Assembly (NCBI GenBank): GCA_963716255.1
Contig: OY970303.1
Coordinates: forward strand, 3,616,001 to 3,680,000
Origin: an uncultured Gemmatimonadales bacterium
GTDB taxonomy: Bacteria > Gemmatimonadota > Gemmatimonadetes > Longimicrobiales > Longimicrobiaceae
DNA length: 64,000 bases
Direction of reading: 5' to 3'
In this document: in pieces, positions 27,609 through 37,128 of the stretch
Numbering within the stretch: the stretch's first letter is position 1
How the letters are laid out: each line of letters opens with the position of its first letter
Position numbers and translations under genes: made by a program
Notes under the pieces: model-generated
Database searches by the model: none
What the model was told of the DNA's origin: nothing
The model's input: only the letters and a program-made list of their open reading frames with translations

Positions 27609-30197
27609 ATGCGCAGAACGTTGCTCCGGGCCACCGGCCCGCTGGCGCTCGTGTTGGCCCTGTTCGCATGTTCGGAAGCCCCGCTCGGACCCACCCTGGA
27701 CTCCGAAGGCGCGCGCTACGCGACCACGGCCGCGCTTCCGCAGGTGGTGATCAGCCAGGTGTACGGCGGCGGCGGCAACGCCGGTGCGACGCTCAGGAAC
27801 GACTTCATCGAGCTCCACAATCCGAGCACGGAGCCGGTGAGCGTCGCCGGGTGGAGCGTCCAGTACGCTTCCGCCACGGGCAGCTCGTGGCAGGTCACCC
27901 CCCTGACCGGCACCATCCAGCCGGGGGGGTACTACTTGGTGCAGGAGTCGGCGGGAACGGGTGGGACGGCGAACCTGCCCACGCCGGACGCGACCGGCAC
28001 CATCCCCATGAGCGGCACCGCCGGCAAGGTGGTGATCTCGCGGACGGCCACCGCGCTCACCGGAACCTGCCCCACGGGCGTGGTCGACCAGGTCAGCTTC
28101 GGCACCACCGCCACCAACTGCGGCGCCGGCACCACCGCCACCCTGAGCAACACCACCGCCGCGATCCGCAACGCGCAGGGCTGCGCGTACACCGGGACGC
28201 TGTCGGCGGACTTCAGCACCGGCGCCCCGGCCCCGCGCAACAGCGCCAGCGCCGCGGTCACCTGTGACGTCACGACGCCGCCGCCGACCCCGCCGGGCGC
28301 GGCCGCCAAGATCGTCATCAACGAACTGATGACCGACCCCATCCAGGCCGAGTCGCCGAGCTGGGGCGAGTGGTTCGAGGTGTACAACGCCGACACCGTC
28401 GCGGTGAACCTGCAGGGCTGGACGCTGGTCTCCGCCGGGCAGGCCCCGCACACGGTGGCGAGCGCGGTGGTGATCCCGGCCGGCGGCTACGCGGTGCTGG
28501 GGCGCGGCGCGGACATCACCCGCAACGGCGGCGTCACGCTGGACTACAACTACTTCAGCGGCACCGCCACCACCATCTGGCTGGACGACAACGACTGGCT
28601 CGTGCTGCGCAACCCGGCCGGCGTCACCGCCGACTCGGTGGCGTGGAGCGGCTCGTCGTACGGCGCCACCCGCGCGCTCCGCGACGCCAGCCAGGACAAC
28701 GCCGACGGCAGCGGCGCCAACTGGGGCTACTCCACCACGCCCTTCGGCGACGGCGACCTGGGCACCCCCAAGGCGGCCAACGGCACGTTGAGCTCCACCC
28801 CGCCGACCCCGCCGGTGGGCGTGGCCAGGATCACCTTCACCGGGCGTGACGCCACCGACCCGGCGCTCCCCGTGGGCTTCGCGGACCAGCTCTTCGCCAC
28901 CGGGCGCGACCTGGCCGGGAGCGTGGTCGTCACCACCTTCACCTGGGGCACCACCACCCCCGACCTGGCCAGCGTGGACCAGAACGGCGTGGTGACGGCC
29001 AAGGGCGCGGGGACGGCGGTGATCACCGCCACCAGCGCGGACGGCCGCGTGGGCAGCTACTCCGTGGCGACCCGCGTGGGCGTGGCGAGCACCACCGCCG
29101 TGTACGCCGGGAACACCGAGTTCGGCGAGCCCGCCGACGGCGACGCGAGCGACGACTTCATCGTCCGCCGCGACCAGTTCACCAGCTCGTACAACGTCAA
29201 CCGCGGCACCCCCAACTGGGTCAGCTACGCCATCGACCCCTCGAACTTCGGGGGCGAGGACCGCTGCGACTGCTTCACCCCGGACCCGGCGCTCCCGGGC
29301 AGCTTCGCCGAGGTGTCCACCGCCGACTACACCGGCGCCGGGACGTTCCACGGCTACGGCATCGACCGCGGCCACCTGGCGCGCTCCTTCGACCGCACCT
29401 CGGGGAGCCTGGACAACGCCACCACGTTCTACTTCACCAACATCATCCCCCAGGCGGCCGACAACAACCAGGGCCCCTGGTCGGTTCTGGAGGACTCGCT
29501 GGGCAAGCTGGCCCGCAACCACGGCAAGAACGTATTCGTGATCGCCGGCGTAGCGGGGAACCTGGGAACGCTCAAGAACGAGGGGAAGGTGGTGATCCCC
29601 GCCCGCACCTGGAAGGTGGCCGTGATCATGCCCGAGGGTCAGGGGCTGGCGGACATCGACGACGTGGGCGACCTGGAGATCATCGCGGTGGACCTGCCCA
29701 ACCAGGCCGGGATCCGCAACGTTCCCTGGACCGAGTACCGGACCACGGTGAACGCCATCGAGGCGATCTCCGGCTACGACCTGCTCGCGATGCTCCCCAA
29801 CGGCGTCGAGGCGGTCGTGGAGGGCAATGAAAGCACGCCGCTGGCCGCAATGGACGTGCAGCCCTCCACCATCAGCCTGGGCAGCACCACGGTGATGAAC
29901 GTGGTGCTCTTCTCCCGGCCGGGCTTCGACGCTACCGCCGTCAACGTGTCCAACGTTCGCCTGGCGGTGGGCGGCGCCGGGTCGGGCGTCCCGGTTTCCA
30001 TGCGCGGGACGGCGTACCAGACCACCACCCGCGACTTCAACGGCGACGGGCGCACGGACCGGCAGCTCACCTTCACCCTGTCGAGCCTGAAGGCGGCCGG
30101 TTTCAGCACGAGCACGACGCAGCTCGTGCTGAAGGATGCGCTCAGCGCGTTCAAGTGGGAGGCCTACGACGTTTCCCTCCCGGACTTCGTGCCGTAG
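27609..30197 (+). CDS. Lipoprotein DNA/RNA non-specific endonuclease with two lamin-tail domains and an Ig-like (BIG2) domain
   Basis: LFAC lipobox; VVISQVYGGGGN..DFIELHN and IVINELM..GEWFEVYN (LTD); SVDQNGVVTAKGAGTAVITAT (BIG2); PNWVSY, DRGHL, TF.FTNIIPQ..NNQGPW..LE (NucA-type). Confidence 0.92.
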   Translation: MRRTLLRATGPLALVLALFACSEAPLGPTLDSEGARYATTAALPQVVISQVYGGGGNAGATLRNDFIELHNPSTEPVSVAGWSVQYASATGSSWQVTPLTGTIQPGGYYLVQESAGTGGTANLPTPDATGTIPMSGTAGKVVISRTATALTGTCPTGVVDQVSFGTTATNCGAGTTATLSNTTAAIRNAQGCAYTGTLSADFSTGAPAPRNSASAAVTCDVTTPPPTPPGAAAKIVINELMTDPIQAESPSWGEWFEVYNADTVAVNLQGWTLVSAGQAPHTVASAVVIPAGGYAVLGRGADITRNGGVTLDYNYFSGTATTIWLDDNDWLVLRNPAGVTADSVAWSGSSYGATRALRDASQDNADGSGANWGYSTTPFGDGDLGTPKAANGTLSSTPPTPPVGVARITFTGRDATDPALPVGFADQLFATGRDLAGSVVVTTFTWGTTTPDLASVDQNGVVTAKGAGTAVITATSADGRVGSYSVATRVGVASTTAVYAGNTEFGEPADGDASDDFIVRRDQFTSSYNVNRGTPNWVSYAIDPSNFGGEDRCDCFTPDPALPGSFAEVSTADYTGAGTFHGYGIDRGHLARSFDRTSGSLDNATTFYFTNIIPQAADNNQGPWSVLEDSLGKLARNHGKNVFVIAGVAGNLGTLKNEGKVVIPARTWKVAVIMPEGQGLADIDDVGDLEIIAVDLPNQAGIRNVPWTEYRTTVNAIEAISGYDLLAMLPNGVEAVVEGNESTPLAAMDVQPSTISLGSTTVMNVVLFSRPGFDATAVNVSNVRLAVGGAGSGVPVSMRGTAYQTTTRDFNGDGRTDRQLTFTLSSLKAAGFSTSTTQLVLKDALSAFKWEAYDVSLPDFVP

Positions 30198-30640
30198 CCG
30201 TCCCGCGCCATCGGGCGGCGGACAGGCAGTGGACGGGGGCGCGTCGCTACGGGCGGCGCGCCCCCGCTTCTGTTTGGTTGGTCTCGTAACAGCTTTGAAC
30301 TGCTGTTGCCGTTGTGACCTGTGCGGGAAGTCGGGGGAAGCTCCGCAGTCGATGGGTCTGTCCGATGCCGGCGCGATCCCGCCCTCATTCCTGCCTCCGT
30401 CCCGCGCCCGCGGTTCGCTTTTCCGCCGTGCCGCAGGGGTGCGGCTTCGTGTGTTTCTTGGAGATTTTGTAAGCGCATATATTTGTATGAGCTTACAAGA
30501 AATATAGGTGGTTGCTGGGTGCCCTGGGGGCGAAGCAAGGTTCCGCGGTTGACAACCTTTTGGGGTTTTGCTGAATCCAATCGGGTGAAGGAAGCGTAGT
30601 GCCTCGCAGGTCACGTTTCACCCGTCCCGAAAGGAAAATC

Positions 30641-30868
30641 ATGTCTCGTCTTGCGTCTTATGCCGCCGCCCTCGCCGTGGGCCTCGTGATCTCCGCCTGC
30701 GCCGACCGCCCCGCCGACCACGTCGCTCCGCTTCCGGCGCGCACCGCGGCCCAGGAGGCCCCGGCGGTCCTCTGCGGCGACGCCGCCCGCCCCTGCGAGC
30801 TGGACGCGATCGTCGTTTCCGCCGAGCGCGCCGCCGCCGCGGACGCCCCGGTCGCGGTCCGCTCCTGA
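30641..30868 (+). CDS. Small lipoprotein (75 aa)
   Basis: AAGGA RBS; MSRLASYAAALAVGLVISAC lipobox; Cys pair in mature part. Confidence 0.65.
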   Translation: MSRLASYAAALAVGLVISACADRPADHVAPLPARTAAQEAPAVLCGDAARPCELDAIVVSAERAAAADAPVAVRS

Positions 30869-30961
30869 ACCGACCTGGCACTCCGTCCACCGGCACGCCA
30901 GGGCGGACGAGTCGATCCTCACGGCGTGGCCGCCACCGGCGGCCCTGAAGGACATAGATGA

Positions 30962-31001
30962 GGAAGCGCCGTCCGGGACTCCGGGCGGCGCTTCCGTTTT
31001 T
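30962..31001 (+). terminator. Rho-independent terminator
   Basis: GGAAGCGCCGTCCGG-gact-CCGGGCGGCGCTTCC followed by GTTTTT. Confidence 0.75.
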
Positions 31002-31139
31002 GCAGGCAGCCCGCTCCGCGAGGGCGCCCGGCGGTGGCGCCGGATATGCGGCGGCGCCCGGCTCCCCCGGCCGCGTGCCGGCCGGAGGGGAAAGCCCTGC
31101 GCGGCGCCGCCCGCAGACCTCGCCGAAAGGAGCCGAGCC

Positions 31140-31694
31140 ATGGACGATCACCCGGACACCGGAGCGCACGCGTACCCGCCGGTTCCCCCGGACGACCCCC
31201 GGCGGGTCCTCACGCTCGTTCCCCCGGCGGACGCCCCGGGCCTGCGGCACGTCGCGGTGGCGGGCGGGGTCTACACCATTCTCCTGGCGGGCGCGGATAC
31301 GGCCGGCCGCTTCTGCATGGTGGAGATGCGGGTTCCGCCCGGCGGCGGCCCGCCCCCGCACCGGCACGACTTCGAGGAAACGTTCCGCGTCCTGGAGGGC
31401 GAGATCGAGTTCACCTTCCGCGGGGAGTGGATGGTCGCCCGGGCCGGAACGACCGTCAACGTACCGGCCAACGCGCCGCACTCCTTCCGCAACGCTTCCG
31501 CCGCGCCCGCGCGGCTCCTGTGCCTGTGCTCGCCGTCCGGCCAGGAGGAGCTGTTCCTCGCCATCGGCGACCCCGTCGAGAGCCCGACGGTCCCGCCGCC
31601 GGTCCTCGCCGATGCCGAACGGGCGGAGCGGAGGGCCCGCGCAGAAGCCCTCGCCCCCCGCTACCGCACCGAGATGCTGCGGTCCCCGGCCTGA
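31140..31694 (+). CDS. Cupin domain protein
   Basis: PPGGGPPPHRHDFEETFRVLEGE...VPANAPHSFRN; AAGGAG RBS. Confidence 0.92.
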   Translation: MDDHPDTGAHAYPPVPPDDPRRVLTLVPPADAPGLRHVAVAGGVYTILLAGADTAGRFCMVEMRVPPGGGPPPHRHDFEETFRVLEGEIEFTFRGEWMVARAGTTVNVPANAPHSFRNASAAPARLLCLCSPSGQEELFLAIGDPVESPTVPPPVLADAERAERRARAEALAPRYRTEMLRSPA

Positions 31695-31778
31695 GTCGCC
31701 GTGCCGGGCCGGCCGGGCGGAACCCGACGCTCCCCCGGAGCTCGGACACGCTGCTTCCCCGGCTGCCCGCTCTGGCCC

Positions 31779-31932
31779 CCGCGTGAGGGATTACGGCCCG
31801 AAGGGGCGAGACCCGGCGGGGCTGTTTCCGCCGGGGCTCGACTCCGTTGGGCTGCGTTGTTTGCAGCCCTACGGAGCCGAAGCCCGACCCCGGCGCCAGC
31901 CGGGGGCACGCCCGAATCGCGCCGTCCAAAGC
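31779..31932 (+). repeat. Structured intergenic repeat, copy 2
   Basis: Aligns by eye with 10822-10991; lies between convergent genes. Confidence 0.9.
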
Positions 31933-31939
31933 CGTCCGC

Positions 31940-33985
31940 CTACTGGTACCGCACCACCATCCACGCCACACCGGGAAGCGGCGAGCCACCCGCGCTGGAG
32001 GAAAGACGATAGGCGCCGCCCAGCCCGTCGTCCTCGACGAGGAAGTAGTTGGGGCTGCCGTAGCGCCAGGTGAGGGTGGCGGCGTTGCCGGCGACGGCGG
32101 CGGGGCTCCCGGGGTCGCCGCGGAGGGCGCGGCCGCCCGTGCGCAGGACCGCGGGGGCGACCCACCCCATGGCGGGCCCCTGGCCGGCGGTGCTCACGCG
32201 GCGGAAGGCGTGGTTCTGGAGGTCGGGGTTGGTGGTGAGGTCGTCCACGGCCTGGCTCAGCGTCCAGCGGAGGAGCGCGTCGGCGGGGTCCCAGGCGGCG
32301 TCCAGGGCGGAGCGCATGCGGGCGGTGAGGCCGGCGCGGCGCGCTCCGTGGGCGTCGTAGCCGTACCAGCCGTCCAGCGCGCCACGGGAAACGGCGGCCA
32401 GCGCCTCGTCCTCGCCGCGGCCGCCGCGCACCATGCGGACGACCAGGTCCATCTGGAAGCTGGCACCGCTCTCGTAGCCCTGCGTGAACTCGCCGCGGGC
32501 GTTGGCGGCCAGCAGCGCGTAGGCGGCGCGGCGCCCGTCGCCCAGCCCGGCGGCCCAGTCCCAGTTCCCCGTCAGCCCGATCCCCTCCACCCGCGCGGCC
32601 GCCACCGAGGCGAGCAGCTCGGCGTTCCCCTCGGCGGCCCAGGCGACCGTCGCGCCGGAGCCGGCGACGTCCCCGGGTCGCGTCTCCCAGGAGTACTGCT
32701 CCTGCCAGGCGTGCGCCAGCTCGTGCGCGAGCGTCTTCAGCAGCCCGGCGGCGGTGGTCTCGTAGGCGGTGTTGAGGAGGGCGTAGGAGTGCTTGCGCCC
32801 GTCCACGGTGTGCGAGACGCTGCTCCCCAGGGTGGCGCCGGTGCCGCGGCGCGCCAGCACCAGGAGCTGGCCCGATCCGGCGCTGGTGGAGGGACGGGTG
32901 GCGGTGAGCGCGGCGCGCAGCAGCGGGTACGCGCTCTCCGCCGCCCGCGCGAAGGCGCTGTCCGCCCGCGCCAGCCACGCCGCCGTGCCGCCGGCGGCCT
33001 CCTCCCCCTCGGCCAGGGCGAGCACCAGGTGCCCGCCGTACACCCGCACCACGCGCGCGGTCTCGCTCCCGGCGCCCGCCACGTCGCCCACGGCGAAGCG
33101 CTCGCCCTCGCGCCAGGGCGCCGCGCGGCGCACCAGGCTCGCGGGTGCGCCCGCGTCCGCGGGGGCGGCGCGGTCCGCCGACGGCGCCGCGGGGGAGCGG
33201 AGCGCGGCCGGGGCCGCGGGCGCCGCGCTCCCGGCTTCGGCCACGCTCACCGTGTAGGCGAGCGGCGAGGGGGCGTACCCCTCGAACCCGGCCTCCGCGT
33301 CGCGGAGCTTTCGGGTGTCCAGGAACGCCAGCGCGTACTTCGCCCCGGCGGCGGGGGCGAAGCGCAGGCACGCGTCGTTCCCGGGCGAGAGGCGCACCGC
33401 CTGGCCCACGGCGAGCTTCAGGTCGCCGCGGCGCGGGCGGGCCACCGCGAGCCCCGGCGCCACGTCCGCGCCGTCCGCGTCCACGGCCTGGCGGACGCCG
33501 CCGCCGGCGCAGCCCGCGTCCGCGAGCGGGGCCACGGCAAGGCGCAGCGTGGCGCTGTCGCCGCCCAGGACGCGCGCGGCTTCCCCGCCCACGCGCACCG
33601 TGCCCAGGTCGCGCAGGCGGAAGCCGCGAAGCAGCAGGGTGTCCACCCCGTCCCCGGGCTCCACCGACGCGGCGAGCACCAGCGGGCGCGCGGGGACGAC
33701 GCGGACCGTCAGCAGCGCGCCGCCCGCGCGCAGCGTCGCCGTTCCGGGCGCGGCGGCCCGGATCCGCCCGGCCGCCAGCGCCTCCGGGTCCAGCACGGGG
33801 AGCTCGCCCAGCCAGCGCGACTCGGAGGCGAGGACCGGCGCGCCGCCCGCCACAGCCGCCGTGTCCCCCACGTGGGTGAGCGTCACCGCCGGGTCCGCGG
33901 GGGAGGGGCCGGCTTCGGGCGCGGTGGGGGAGGTGCCGCACGCGGCGGCGGCCAGGAGCGAAGCGAGCAAGGCGTGGCGGCGCAT
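31940..33985 (-). CDS. Lipoprotein with zinc-metallopeptidase motif
   Basis: AAAC lipobox; TLAHELAHAWQ (HExxH) followed by WAAEGNAE third-ligand motif; N-terminal Ig/IPT-like region. Confidence 0.8.
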   Translation of the reverse strand: MRRHALLASLLAAAACGTSPTAPEAGPSPADPAVTLTHVGDTAAVAGGAPVLASESRWLGELPVLDPEALAAGRIRAAAPGTATLRAGGALLTVRVVPARPLVLAASVEPGDGVDTLLLRGFRLRDLGTVRVGGEAARVLGGDSATLRLAVAPLADAGCAGGGVRQAVDADGADVAPGLAVARPRRGDLKLAVGQAVRLSPGNDACLRFAPAAGAKYALAFLDTRKLRDAEAGFEGYAPSPLAYTVSVAEAGSAAPAAPAALRSPAAPSADRAAPADAGAPASLVRRAAPWREGERFAVGDVAGAGSETARVVRVYGGHLVLALAEGEEAAGGTAAWLARADSAFARAAESAYPLLRAALTATRPSTSAGSGQLLVLARRGTGATLGSSVSHTVDGRKHSYALLNTAYETTAAGLLKTLAHELAHAWQEQYSWETRPGDVAGSGATVAWAAEGNAELLASVAAARVEGIGLTGNWDWAAGLGDGRRAAYALLAANARGEFTQGYESGASFQMDLVVRMVRGGRGEDEALAAVSRGALDGWYGYDAHGARRAGLTARMRSALDAAWDPADALLRWTLSQAVDDLTTNPDLQNHAFRRVSTAGQGPAMGWVAPAVLRTGGRALRGDPGSPAAVAGNAATLTWRYGSPNYFLVEDDGLGGAYRLSSSAGGSPLPGVAWMVVRYQ

Positions 33986-34228
33986 GGCGGGGGTCGGTGG
34001 GGGCGCGGGTGCGTGGACGCACGCCCTGGAGGCGAGACCCGGACCAGCGATGCGCGATGGCCTATGTCATTGTGTTGATTGTGTTTGACTGAATGGACAA
34101 GAACGGAGTGACTGGAAGGGAACTGTACACCCGGCGGCCGCGTTTCGGCGCAAATCGTTTCAGGAGTGGAGCTTGGACAAACTGTAGAAATTCAGTACGG
34201 TGACGGTGGTCGGAAAGGTCGGATTTTC

Positions 34229-34244
34229 GTTCCCGTTCGGGAAC
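34229..34244. promoter_or_regulatory. Palindromic operator-like site 1
   Basis: GTTCCCG-TT-CGGGAAC, identical copy at 34563-34578, in an AT-richer divergent intergenic region. Confidence 0.6.
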
Positions 34245-34562
34245 AAAATTCAAGATCATGAAGGGACAAAGCTTCATAACAATTTATTCTGCATAGAATT
34301 GTGGTGAGTTTGGTTTGCCGGTGAGCGTACGGGTATTTTCCACCCCGCTGAACGGACGTGGATGCTGCTCCTCCCGGGTTCTCTCCGGGGACTGCTTCCC
34401 GCTGGATCCCTGGACGAGCAGCGATTGAACGACTGGCTCCGGGGTGGCCGAGCACCACCCGCTTTGTCGCCTTGGATGCGGCGGGCTCGGCAGGGAACCG
34501 GCAGGATGCAAGGAGAGTCTTGCGATCTGCATCGAACGGGCTCTCATCATTGACCTTGGAGT

Positions 34563-34578
34563 GTTCCCGTTCGGGAAC
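34563..34578. promoter_or_regulatory. Palindromic operator-like site 2
   Basis: GTTCCCG-TT-CGGGAAC, identical to 34229-34244. Confidence 0.6.
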
Positions 34579-34782
34579 GATCGTCATCGGGCGTCTGGCT
34601 TAAAGTGTCTGCAAATCCTTTTGTCTGATTGGTTTGCGCATTTATTTGGGATCGAGGCGAGGTGTAAAGGTATTATGCAGCACGCCTCGATGTGAAACGA
34701 AACTTCGCAGCGGTTCCGCCGGCATATCCGGTATCGATGCACGGGTCTTCCCCACCTTCGAATCCAGCTTCCGAATCTCCTG

Positions 34783-36504
34783 ATGACCTCGCCACGACCC
34801 GGGAACCTGCTCCCGGGAACCTCGTCGACCGCGCCTCGCGCGCCCCAGCCCTCCGGATCCGCGGTTTCGCGGATCCGGCGCGGGGCGGTGGCGGCGGTGC
34901 TGTCGGTGCTCGGGGTGGTGGCCGCGGCGGTCCCGGGGAGTGCCCAGCTGTCGCTGACACGCTCGCACGAGGGGACCCTCGACTACGTGGTCACGGGGGC
35001 GACCCTCCGTCAGCAGAGCAACGGCGCCGACCCCTGCGACGTGAACACGAGCGCTGCCGCCACGCTCAGCGGGATCCCGGCCGGCGCGACGATCACGGCC
35101 GCCTACCTGTACTGGGCGGGCTCGGGCGACCTGGACGCCGCCATCCGCTTCAACGGCACCAGCATCACCGCCGACCGCACGGCCACGACGACCTTCGTCA
35201 ACGGCAGCACCACCTTCAACTTCTTCGGCGGGTTCGAGGACGTGACGAGCCGGGTGACGGGGAACGGCACCTACACGATCTCGAACCTGGCGGTGGACGC
35301 CGGCACCCCCTACTGCGGTTCGCAGGCGGTGCTGGGCGGATGGAGCCTCGTCGTGGTCTACGAGTCCGCGAGCCTCCCCGTGAAGCGGGTGCAGGTGCAC
35401 GACGGGTTGCGGGCCTTCCGGTCGGCCACCGAGACGGTGACGCTGAGCGGCTTCCTGGGGGCGACGACGCCGCTGGCCCGGCTCACCTACCTCGCCTGGG
35501 ACGGAGATCCCGACCTGACCGGGGACGAGGAGGTCCGCTTCAACGGGTTCGCCCTCACGGACGGGCTGAACCCGGCGGGCAACGGGATGAACTCCACCGT
35601 CAACTCGCAGGCGCGCACCAACGTGTACGGTCTGGACCTGGACAGCTACGACGTCTCGTCGCGGCTGTCCGCCGGGGCCCGCACCGCCTCGCTGCAGGTG
35701 GAGACGGGGAACGACATGGTGGTGCTGCAGGCCGTGGTGACCGCCGTGGCGGTGGTCCTGGTGGACGTGACGCCCAAGGGGCTCGCCGCTCCCGTGGCAC
35801 GCCTGGCCGGGACCCAGTACAGCCAGGTGTTCGCCGTGGAGAACCCGTCGCTCGCCACCGACAACTTCGACGTGCTGGCCCGCGCGACCGTCGGGGCGGG
35901 GGCGTTCGTCACCGTGGACTCGGTGACGGGGCCGGGGATCACCACCCGCGTGCGGCAGGACAGCTCCCGCGTGCAGGTGGCCTCCGGCGCCACGCGCAGC
36001 TACACGGTGTGGTACACCGTCGCGGCGGGCGCCACCGCGGACAACGTGGTCTACCTCAAGGCGCGCGCGGTCAGCCGCCCCGTGCTGGCCGTGTCGGAGG
36101 GGTGGGCGGAAGTGCGGCGCGTCCGCCCGTCGGTGACCCTGGCCAAGACCGTGACGCCCTCGGCGAGCAGCGGGCCCGGCACCGACCTCACCTACACCCT
36201 CCAGTTCGGCAACGCCGGCAACTTCGCGGCCCGCGGCGTCTCCCTGGTGGACGTGGTCCCCACCCAGGTGGTGTTCAAGCTGGGGAGCATCCAGCAGACG
36301 CTCCCCGCCGGCATCACCGCCACGGTGGCGTACTCGTCGGACGCGGGCGTCACCTGGACGTACGCGCCCGTTTCCGCGGGATGCGGAGCGCCCGCCGGCT
36401 ACGACGCCTGTGTCCGGCGCGTGCGCTGGACGCTGACGGGCGACCTTCCGGCGGACGCCGCGGCGTCCGCCGGCACGCTCCGCCTGGTGGCGCGCATTCG
36501 ATGA
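34783..36504 (+). CDS. Secreted DUF11 (conserved repeat domain) protein with N-terminal DUF3344-like beta domain; putative tip adhesin
   Basis: Signal peptide; IPAGATITAAYLYWAG, GGWSLVVVY; C-terminal VTLAKTV...PGTDLTYTLQFGNAG....VSLVDVVP; start uncertain. Confidence 0.82.
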   Translation: MTSPRPGNLLPGTSSTAPRAPQPSGSAVSRIRRGAVAAVLSVLGVVAAAVPGSAQLSLTRSHEGTLDYVVTGATLRQQSNGADPCDVNTSAAATLSGIPAGATITAAYLYWAGSGDLDAAIRFNGTSITADRTATTTFVNGSTTFNFFGGFEDVTSRVTGNGTYTISNLAVDAGTPYCGSQAVLGGWSLVVVYESASLPVKRVQVHDGLRAFRSATETVTLSGFLGATTPLARLTYLAWDGDPDLTGDEEVRFNGFALTDGLNPAGNGMNSTVNSQARTNVYGLDLDSYDVSSRLSAGARTASLQVETGNDMVVLQAVVTAVAVVLVDVTPKGLAAPVARLAGTQYSQVFAVENPSLATDNFDVLARATVGAGAFVTVDSVTGPGITTRVRQDSSRVQVASGATRSYTVWYTVAAGATADNVVYLKARAVSRPVLAVSEGWAEVRRVRPSVTLAKTVTPSASSGPGTDLTYTLQFGNAGNFAARGVSLVDVVPTQVVFKLGSIQQTLPAGITATVAYSSDAGVTWTYAPVSAGCGAPAGYDACVRRVRWTLTGDLPADAAASAGTLRLVARIR

Positions 36505-36563
36505 AGCCGTTCGCACCCGGGTCCGACCGGACCCGTTTCCTTCCCCGAAGCACCGGAGGACCC

Positions 36564-37088
36564 ATGAAGCCGCTGTTCCGCCTTTTCCTGCTGCTCGCCC
36601 CGCTGCTGCTCGCCCTCCCGGCGCGCGCGCAGGATGCGCAGAAGCCCGCGGCGCTGGTGGTGACCGCCACCAACCGCACGCAGGCCGCCGAGGCGGCCCG
36701 CGGAACCGCCCGCCGGGACGACCACGCCCGTCCCGGCGACGTGCTCCGCTACCGCCTGACCTTCACCAACACGGCCGGGCGTCCGGTGCGCGGGGTGAAC
36801 CTGAGCAATCCGCTTCCCGGGGGCGTCCGCTTCGTCGCGGGCTCCGTCCGGTCGAGCCGGGACGACGCCCGTCCCGAGTACTCGGCCGATGGAGGGCGCA
36901 CCTTCTCGCAGCAGCCGATGGAAGACGTGGTGGTGGAGGGGAGGCGGGTCCGCCGGCCCGTCTCCCCCGAGCGGTACACGCACGTCCGCTGGACCGTGGA
37001 CGGATGGGTGGCTCCCGGAGCCGCCGTCACCGCGGAGTTCGACGCCCGCCTCGCGGGCCCGGCCGGGGCCTCTCCCGGCGCTCGCTGA
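36564..37088 (+). CDS. Small secreted single-DUF11-domain protein
   Basis: GGAGGA RBS, MKPLFRLFLLLAPLLLALPARA signal, PGDVLRYRLTFTN...LSNPLP...EYSADGGRTF...YTHVRW. Confidence 0.85.
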   Translation: MKPLFRLFLLLAPLLLALPARAQDAQKPAALVVTATNRTQAAEAARGTARRDDHARPGDVLRYRLTFTNTAGRPVRGVNLSNPLPGGVRFVAGSVRSSRDDARPEYSADGGRTFSQQPMEDVVVEGRRVRRPVSPERYTHVRWTVDGWVAPGAAVTAEFDARLAGPAGASPGAR

Positions 37089-37128
37089 CCCCCGACCCTG
37101 ATCCTCTCCAGTCACCGGAACCCACGAA

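Noticed and set aside
34030..34780. c-di-GMP riboswitch upstream of the DUF11 cluster
   Set aside because: A GGCAAAC occurs on the minus strand near 34313-34320, but the rest of the consensus could not be found
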